From the NCBI GenBank assembly GCA_039801225.1, contig JBDRUH010000005.1, positions 1 to 21,493 on the forward strand: a stretch of 21,493 nucleotides of DNA, in the 5' to 3' direction. This stretch comes from a candidate division WOR-3 bacterium (GTDB taxonomy: Bacteria; Hydrothermota; Tepidihabitantia; Tepidihabitantales; Tepidihabitantaceae). Below the pieces are notes generated by a model. It did no database searches, was not told where the DNA came from, and saw nothing but the letters and a program-made list of their open reading frames with translations. Made by a program: the position numbers and the translations under genes. Positions 1-6,122 of this stretch are shown here, piece after piece (positions within the stretch are counted from its first letter, which is position 1; each line of letters begins with the position of its first letter).

Positions 1-223
1 TCTAAGTTTTATGGTAAAATTGGATTTAAATTCAAAGGGAAAATCAAATGGCGGGATGGTTGTAAGAAATGGTCTAAAAAGGTTTTCTAAAATGGCTTTT
101 GATTTGGCGCTAAGTTCAGTCTCAAAAAGAAGGCTAATAAGCCACTAAAAATCGGATTTAAGAAGTAAAGTAAAAAACTAACTTCAGCCGATTTTAACAA
201 CCCAAATAAGATTAAAAATAACA
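1..223 (+). repeat. AT-rich dispersed repeat with 12-bp TAA phasing, copy 1 (cut by the window edge)
   Basis: Reverse complement of 19400-19622, ungapped (position n pairs with 19623-n). 5 mismatches over 1-202 and 10 over 1-223 by manual comparison. Confidence 0.95.
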
Positions 224-374
224 ACCTTTCTTAAAAATATAGTTGGCTTTATCTTCCTAACAATCAACTCTAATCATTTCTTGAGGTCAAGTTTGGTTAA
301 TCCAAATGACACGAAAAAACCAGAACTAAACCCGCCCCGAACGACTAGACGCCGTCGCAAACCTTCCTAAAGAG

Positions 375-625
375 GAGATTGCTTCGCTCTGTGCTGTCGC
401 ACAGCTGCCAAAGGCAGAACGCTCGCAGTCACTTTTCTCTTAGTTTCATTCCGAGCCCGTGAGGCAAGGGAATCTTCAGTAATGAGATTGCTTCGCGGAG
501 CCTGCCCCGAGACCACGGAAAGAGATTCCTCCACTTCGGTCGGAATGACAGGAGGCGAGGGGTTCGCAATGACGCTGGATGATGGGTTCGGAATGAAGGA
601 GGGCGAGTGGGTTCGGTCGGAATGA
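375..625. repeat. Cluster of nested REP-like palindromic elements
   Basis: GAGATTGCTTCG at 375 and 484. CTCGCAGTCAC 422-432 and TTCGCAATGAC 563-573. TTCATTCCGAG 445-455 with GGGAATCT 468-475. GAGATTCC...CGGAATGACA 522-550. Further CGGAATGA copies near 589 and 618. Confidence 0.8.
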
Positions 626-660
626 TGGAGATGAGAGGAAGGAAACTAATTTTGGGTGGG

Positions 661-2004
661 CTATGAAGAAACCTCAGGGTTGGTAATCACTACCAGTGCG
701 GCAACCACCACACCGTTATGGTCACGCAGTGCCTCAAAACAGACCGCTGAGGAAGGTAGTTCCGGGATGATTTCACACTCCTGCCTGCTTCCTACTCCGG
801 AAAGAACCTGTTCCAGATAAGGTAGTAAAACTTGAACTCTGGGGAATTCAGTTATTGGCCGACCACTCGCCTCGCTTGCCTTTCCTTCCAGTAAAGGCTC
901 TGTTGCCGGATTGGCATAAAGAATTTTTTTGGTCGGGTCAACAACCAACACCCCTTCTTTAATACTGCCGGCTAAGAGGCGAAATCGGTGCTCTAACTCA
1001 GCGATGTAATTAATCTTTCGCTGGTCAAACTCGCGTAGTCGGGCAAATACCCGATTGATCTGCTGGGCAAGGTTGCCCAATTCATCACTGGTATTTACGG
1101 TGATATGGAGTGCCAAGTCACCCTGTTCTGCCCGATTCAGGGCGTTGACTATCCGTTTGATAGGCAGGACAATGGAGTTGGGAATACGAAAGAGGAGATA
1201 GCCAAGTAAAATGGTCAGGATGATAATGGCGGTGATGATATTTCGCTGACTCCAGGCAAAGAGCCGACTGATTCTTCCCTTATGTTCAGCAATTCGCTGA
1301 TTTGCCCGGCTGATAATTCGCTCCCCTTCAGCAATGCTTTGCATAAAAGTCTCTTGAACTCGCTGTCTTTTTGCACTGCGCACCGCACTCGCCAATCTGC
1401 CTATTTCAATCTCGCGATTGGTCACCTCGGCGAGGAAAAGTAGCGAATCTTGGATAGTTGGCTCTTGTGCCCTTTCTGCCTCTTCTACCAGCGTTTGATA
1501 GCGTTCCTGGAGATCAGCCAACTTACCTTCTGGTAGTATCCGGGTAGTGAGTGTATAGATTATCGGTAGTGACTCAATTTGCTCGGCATAACTGGTGAGA
1601 TTAAAATGAAGCGAGTCAAAGACATTTCTTAATTCCGGGGCAAGCCGCCTTCCCTGTTGGCTGCGCCAGAGCGCCTGGCGGATAAGCAATTTAGCGGTGC
1701 GGAGGTAGGTGGTATCTCCGGAGAGAAGATAGTTGCTTTCCCCGCGATAAATCTCCCGCAGATTATGGACAATTGCCGAACCGAGTCTAAGCAACTCCAC
1801 ATCCGATTCGGCAATAACAGTTGCCAGTGAGTTCATTTGGCTGACATAATAAAGGGCAAGCACCACCACCGGGACAACGAGAACCGCCGAGAGGCACATC
1901 GCCAGACCAATTCGGGTCCGGATTGACCTCATTCTGAATCTTGAATTAGGGTGATGGCAATTACCCCGGCGCTGTATCTTGTTATTGTTTTTTTTGCTAT
2001 TCAC
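661..2004 (-). CDS. Membrane sensor protein (TM - extracytoplasmic domain - TM - HAMP - PAS) without a kinase/output domain
   Basis: Two hydrophobic segments, a HAMP-like stretch (PIKRIVNALNRAEQGDL...DELGNLAQQIN) and a PAS-like stretch (EGVLVVD...YANPATE). It ends just after the PAS domain. The start is either GTG 2004 (GTGA overlap with the ktrA stop) or ATG 1932. Confidence 0.8.
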   Translation of the reverse strand: MNSKKNNNKIQRRGNCHHPNSRFRMRSIRTRIGLAMCLSAVLVVPVVVLALYYVSQMNSLATVIAESDVELLRLGSAIVHNLREIYRGESNYLLSGDTTYLRTAKLLIRQALWRSQQGRRLAPELRNVFDSLHFNLTSYAEQIESLPIIYTLTTRILPEGKLADLQERYQTLVEEAERAQEPTIQDSLLFLAEVTNREIEIGRLASAVRSAKRQRVQETFMQSIAEGERIISRANQRIAEHKGRISRLFAWSQRNIITAIIILTILLGYLLFRIPNSIVLPIKRIVNALNRAEQGDLALHITVNTSDELGNLAQQINRVFARLREFDQRKINYIAELEHRFRLLAGSIKEGVLVVDPTKKILYANPATEPLLEGKASEASGRPITEFPRVQVLLPYLEQVLSGVGSRQECEIIPELPSSAVCFEALRDHNGVVVAALVVITNPEVSS

Positions 2005-2729
2005 CGTTGACCTCGGTCGTCGGCTGTCGGCCGTCGGCTCTCGGCTGACTGGGCGAGCCGTTCAATATCGGCATCGCCGCCGACCACCACCAGGATATCC
2101 TCCTGCTCAATTATATCATCAGGTCCGGGCAGGTCATTAACCTGCTCCTGAAACTCGGTTTCGCCCTCTGGGGTAATCACCGGCACCCGCTTTTTGATGG
2201 CGATGATGTTTACATTGTAACGACGCCGGATATCCAACTGCCCCAACTTCTTTCCCACCATCCACACTGGCGCCCGCATCTCAACCAGGCTGTGGGTGCT
2301 GGTCAATGGAATTTGCTCCAAGAGGTCGGGCGTAATGAGGGTTTTGGCAAGGTGGTCGGCCATCTGCTCCTCAATCAGGATAGTGCGGTCGGCTCCGACA
2401 TCCTTCAAAATTCGGGCATAGAGCGATGAGGCGGCGCGGGCGATTACCTGGCCAGCGCCCAATTTTTTCAGAAGTGAGGTGATGACAATCGCCTCCTCCA
2501 TCTTCTCGCCCATCGCCACAATTACCGCATCAACATCCAAAACTCCGGAGCGGGCGAGCGCCTCTTCATCAGTGGCATCAAAACAGAGCGCTTCTGTAAC
2601 ATCATCCTTTATCTCCTCTACCCGTTTCTGGTCCGAGTCAATCGCAATCACCTCCGCGCCCTTCGCCATCAGGACTTTTGCCACTCTACTGCCAAAAGTT
2701 CCTAACCCAATTACCGCAAACTGTTTCAA
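2001..2729 (-). CDS. ktrA: Ktr/Trk K+ uptake system regulatory RCK subunit (KtrA/TrkA family)
   Basis: N-terminal VIGLGTFG nucleotide-binding motif, RCK_N plus RCK_C layout, TTG start with AGGGAGGT SD, next to a KtrB-type gene. Confidence 0.9.
   Translation of the reverse strand: MKQFAVIGLGTFGSRVAKVLMAKGAEVIAIDSDQKRVEEIKDDVTEALCFDATDEEALARSGVLDVDAVIVAMGEKMEEAIVITSLLKKLGAGQVIARAASSLYARILKDVGADRTILIEEQMADHLAKTLITPDLLEQIPLTSTHSLVEMRAPVWMVGKKLGQLDIRRRYNVNIIAIKKRVPVITPEGETEFQEQVNDLPGPDDIIEQEDILVVVGGDADIERLAQSAESRRPTADDRGQR
2013..2047. repeat. Five degenerate 7-bp tandem units in the ktrA 3' end
   Basis: TCGGTCG TCGGCTG TCGGCCG TCGGCTC TCGGCTG. Confidence 0.85.
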
Positions 2730-2741
2730 GAGACCTCCCTT

Positions 2742-4484
2742 TTAACCAACCATAATTCGTGCCTGGGGATAAGTGATCGGGTATTTGGTTTCCCGTCTCG
2801 TCATCGCCAGGGCAATTGTCAGCGGACCGACACGACCGGTAAACATCAGCAAAATGATACCAAACCGGGCGAGCGTCTTCAAGCCGCTGGTGATACCGGT
2901 AGAAAGTCCTACAGTGCCAAATGCCGAGACCGTTTCAAAGAGCAGTTCCTGAAAGCGCCCGGACTCGGTTATGAGAAGGAGAAAGAGAATAATAACGATA
3001 GCAACTGTCGCCGCTACAGTAATCACAATTGCGCGAAAAACGGCATCCTGGGGTATTGTCCGGCGACCGATGATAATCGCCTTGCGGTTTGAGAGCCAAG
3101 CCCGGAGCGCAAGAAGCAAAATCGCAAAGGTGGTAGTTTTAATTCCGCCACCGGTTCCACCCGGCGAGGCACCGATAAACATTAAAATAATGATAACCAA
3201 CATCGTTGCCTGGTGCAAGGAGCCTATCGGGATGGTGTTAAACCCGGCGGTCCGGGCAGTAACCGACTGAAAAAGACTGGCGAGCAACTTTGTGCCCACC
3301 GGCAAGTTCGTAAGTGTGCGGTCATATTCAATAAAGAAAAAAACCACCGTTCCGATGACGATAAGCAAGAAGGTAGTGGTCAGTGCCAACCGGGAGTGGA
3401 CGCTGATGTGCCGTACCGTCTGGCGCCAAGGTTGGCGCAGTGTGTCCCGGCTGATCAGTTCATGCACCACCGCAAACCCTAATCCGCCAGAAACAATCAA
3501 ACCAATAAAGACAAAATTGACCATCAGGTCTCCCTGATAGCGGATGAGGGAGTCGGCAAATAGCGAAAAGCCGGCGTTGCAGAAAGCGGAGACGGCATGG
3601 AACAGGGCATAATAAAATGCCCCAGCGGTATTGGGGAAAACCGGTAACCAGCGCAAAAAAAGCAAGAGGCACCCGGTTCCTTCGGCGAGGAGAGTGAAAA
3701 GCAGAATATAGCGAATAGCCCGGACGATGTCGGTCTCCCGGGGTGTTTCTATCATTTCGGCAACCAGCCGCCTCTCGCCTAAGGCAAGACGATGCCCCAA
3801 AAGCACCGCCATACTCGTAGAGAAGGTCATAATCCCTAACCCGCCCAATTGAATCAAAGCAAGGATTATTATCTGTCCGAACCGGGAAAAATAACTGCCG
3901 GTATCACGGACAATAAGACCGGTCACGCAGGTGGCAGAAGTGGCGGTAAAAAGTGAGTCAATGAATGAAGCACCCCTGCCGTCGGTGGTGGCCGCGGGTA
4001 ATGTCAAGAAGAAGGTGCCGAGGGCAATCAGTCCGGCAAAACTTAAAAGTAGGCTGTAAAACGACCGCTGACGCAAACTATTAATCAGACCAGCAGTCAC
4101 TCCCGCCCGGGAGAGCCGGTTGCCAACAACTAAAATCTGATAAATCAATATGAATGGCAGAACGAAGCGGTGAAAAATAGCCGCCAAGAGGATAAGGAGG
4201 GCGAGACTGAGGGCTATCCAGCGCCGCCGTTTCGTTCCTTCTGGCAAAGGAAAGAGAACCTGGTTTATGAGTGCCTCGGTTATTATCCCCAGACTAACGA
4301 GAAGTTCCACAAACCGGACTAACACCGATTCAAAACCGAAGAGGGAAAGCCGGTAGCCCTGAAACAGAATTACGAGTAAAAGATAAAAAAGGGTAAGACC
4401 GGTTATCGCCCAAAAGTATTTCTCGGTCCAGGTTGGAGCCGACCGGAAGGTTTTTATCACCCGAAATCGTTTACCCAATCTCAT
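2742..4484 (-). CDS. ktrB: Ktr/Trk K+ uptake membrane subunit (KtrB/TrkH family) with N-terminal membrane extension
   Basis: Four pore-loop motifs (SATCVTGL, SAFCNAGF, TARTAGF, SAFGTVGLS), GASPGGTGGGIKTTT, MFTGRVG and a C-terminal IMVG. Confidence 0.92.
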   Translation of the reverse strand: MRLGKRFRVIKTFRSAPTWTEKYFWAITGLTLFYLLLVILFQGYRLSLFGFESVLVRFVELLVSLGIITEALINQVLFPLPEGTKRRRWIALSLALLILLAAIFHRFVLPFILIYQILVVGNRLSRAGVTAGLINSLRQRSFYSLLLSFAGLIALGTFFLTLPAATTDGRGASFIDSLFTATSATCVTGLIVRDTGSYFSRFGQIIILALIQLGGLGIMTFSTSMAVLLGHRLALGERRLVAEMIETPRETDIVRAIRYILLFTLLAEGTGCLLLFLRWLPVFPNTAGAFYYALFHAVSAFCNAGFSLFADSLIRYQGDLMVNFVFIGLIVSGGLGFAVVHELISRDTLRQPWRQTVRHISVHSRLALTTTFLLIVIGTVVFFFIEYDRTLTNLPVGTKLLASLFQSVTARTAGFNTIPIGSLHQATMLVIIILMFIGASPGGTGGGIKTTTFAILLLALRAWLSNRKAIIIGRRTIPQDAVFRAIVITVAATVAIVIILFLLLITESGRFQELLFETVSAFGTVGLSTGITSGLKTLARFGIILLMFTGRVGPLTIALAMTRRETKYPITYPQARIMVG

Positions 4485-4582
4485 CTTTTTAAAATTACTT
4501 TTTGAAAAATGGGAATAAAATTAGACTCATAGATTTGTCTCGGGGTAAGACTATCGGACGGTATAATTCATAACTGGACATA

Positions 4583-4610
4583 ATTATAGCAATATTTTAG
4601 GGCAATGCAA
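4583..4610 (-). promoter_or_regulatory. Sigma70-like promoter for ktrB-ktrA-sensor
   Basis: TTGCAT-N16-TATAAT with extended -10 (TGcTATAAT). Confidence 0.65.
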
Positions 4611-4612
4611 GA

Positions 4613-5818
4613 TTAGAGGATGATGATTAACCCTATACCGGCAGCCAGACCCAAAAAACCGCCAAAGAAAAACGGCGCTTTTGGACCAAAAACATTCCAA
4701 AGCCCACCAGCGAGAAGTGAAGCGGGAAGTAGACCGATGCCCACCAGAGTGGCGTGCAACCCGATAAATGTTGCCTTCTGATTCTCAGGGGCTAAGTCTG
4801 CCACCAGCGCCTTTTCCAGACCTTCGGTCAAAGCGCTGTAAAGTCCGTAAATTCCAAAGAGAAGCCAGGGAATACCTACCCCCTTTTGCGGGTTTAAAAG
4901 GGCAAAACCAAAATAAACCGCTGAATAGACAAGATAGCCAAGAACAATGGGTCTTTTTTTGCCAATACGGTCAGAAAGCCGGCCACAGGGATAGGAGAAA
5001 AGGGCATAGGTAAGGTTATACAAAAAATACAAGAAAAGTATGTTTATGGTTGTCCAGCCTAAATTTCTCATCCGCAATAAGAGAAAGCCGTTTGAGGAGT
5101 TTCCCAGGGCAAAGATACCGACAATTATAAGAAATGAGCGCAGTTTTGGGGAGAGGTTTTTGAACCCGATTTTTGGTAAGAACCTTGACTCTGTCATTCC
5201 GAGTTCGGCTGTCGGCCTGTTCGCTTGGGGCGAGGTTTGGGCAGTGGTTTTTGACCAGGTCTCACGGGCAAAGAAGAGAATTACCACCCCCAGAATAGCA
5301 GGTATAAGGGAGAGAAGAAAGATGCGCTGATAACCGGCACGGTCCAATCCTCTGCCCAGGTTGGAGACAATGATGATGGCGATTAGGACACCAAGGCAGG
5401 CACCAATGGTGTCAAAAGCCCGGTGAAGTCCGAATGCCCGGCCGCGCCGTCCCAAAACACTGGAGTCGGCAATCAGGGCATCACGGGGCGCAACTCTTAT
5501 CCCTTTGCCAATTCTGTCAACCATTCTGCCGGCAAAGACCAGCATCCAGCCCTGAGAAAAATAAAGCAGTAACTTTCCTAAGGTTGACCCAGCATAACCG
5601 AAAATCGCCATCGGCTTTCGTCGGCGCAGCCGGTCGGAAATGGCACCAGAAAAAACCTTGAGCAGCGCCGCCGAACTTTCGGCAAAACCTTCAATTACCC
5701 CAAGAACCGCCGGCTGTGCCCCAAGGCTTGCGAGATAGAGCGGTATCAAGGGATAGACCATCTCGGTGGAGATGTCGGTCAAGAGGCTGGTGATACCAGT
5801 AATGATGATATTAAACAA
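4613..5818 (-). CDS. Major facilitator superfamily transporter
   Basis: About 12 hydrophobic segments. MFS motif-A-like loops GAISDRLRRRK and GRLSDRIGKKR. TTG start. Confidence 0.9.
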   Translation of the reverse strand: MFNIIITGITSLLTDISTEMVYPLIPLYLASLGAQPAVLGVIEGFAESSAALLKVFSGAISDRLRRRKPMAIFGYAGSTLGKLLLYFSQGWMLVFAGRMVDRIGKGIRVAPRDALIADSSVLGRRGRAFGLHRAFDTIGACLGVLIAIIIVSNLGRGLDRAGYQRIFLLSLIPAILGVVILFFARETWSKTTAQTSPQANRPTAELGMTESRFLPKIGFKNLSPKLRSFLIIVGIFALGNSSNGFLLLRMRNLGWTTINILFLYFLYNLTYALFSYPCGRLSDRIGKKRPIVLGYLVYSAVYFGFALLNPQKGVGIPWLLFGIYGLYSALTEGLEKALVADLAPENQKATFIGLHATLVGIGLLPASLLAGGLWNVFGPKAPFFFGGFLGLAAGIGLIIIL

Positions 5819-5827
5819 TCAATGGTG

Positions 5828-5855
5828 ATTATAATAAAGTCGGCGTGTTGGTCAA
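5828..5855 (-). promoter_or_regulatory. Sigma70-like promoter for the MFS gene
   Basis: TTGACC-N16-TATAAT, with 9 nt between the -10 and the TTG start. Confidence 0.7.
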
Positions 5856-5951
5856 TGCCAAGACAATCGCTGCTAATTGTTGGATTTTACTCCTTAGTGA
5901 TTAGAAATTAAAAATTAACTAGCCGGTATTCAAAAAATTTGAAAGTATTTC

Positions 5952-5979
5952 TTGACAAAGGGGTTAAAATTTTTATAGT
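5952..5979 (+). promoter_or_regulatory. Sigma70-like promoter for the basic microprotein and mfd
   Basis: TTGACA-N16-TATAGT, AT-rich upstream, followed by SD AAAGGAGG at 5991-5998. Confidence 0.7.
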
Positions 5980-6002
5980 AATGTGCAAGTAAAGGAGGCA
6001 TA

Positions 6003-6077
6003 ATGGCATGTATGAAACGCGGTGTTAAAAAAACCGCCAAGAAGACGGCAAAAAAGAAGGCCGCAAAGAAAAAATAG
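6003..6077 (+). CDS. 24-aa Lys/Ala-rich basic microprotein (MACMKRGVKKTAKKTAKKKAAKKK)
   Basis: Has its own promoter, a strong SD, an ATG...TAG frame and a downstream terminator hairpin. Too short for the ORF track. Confidence 0.75.
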   Translation: MACMKRGVKKTAKKTAKKKAAKKK

Positions 6078-6095
6078 CCTATAGACCTAACCAAA

Positions 6096-6122
6096 GAAGG
6101 GGGCATAGCCCCCTTCGCTTTT
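6096..6122 (+). terminator. Intrinsic terminator-like hairpin between the microprotein and mfd
   Basis: GAAGGGGGC-ATA-GCCCCCTTC (9-bp stem) followed by GCTTTT. The U-tract is short. Confidence 0.65.

Noticed and set aside
11..148. 45-codon ORF (MVKLDLNSK...LISH) in the repeat, ending TAA in copy 1 and TGA in copy 2
   Set aside because: No SD and no recognisable motif. In copy 2 an in-frame stop lies just upstream. One stop-preserving change is too little evidence.
1..625. Possible CRISPR array
   Set aside because: No identical 23-47-bp repeats with regular spacers, and no cas genes.
4485..4580. c-di-AMP (ydaO) or other riboswitch in the ktrB leader
   Set aside because: The leader is only about 90 nt with a small GTCT/AGAC hairpin, and I could not find the conserved ydaO motifs. 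An Rfam cmscan would settle it.
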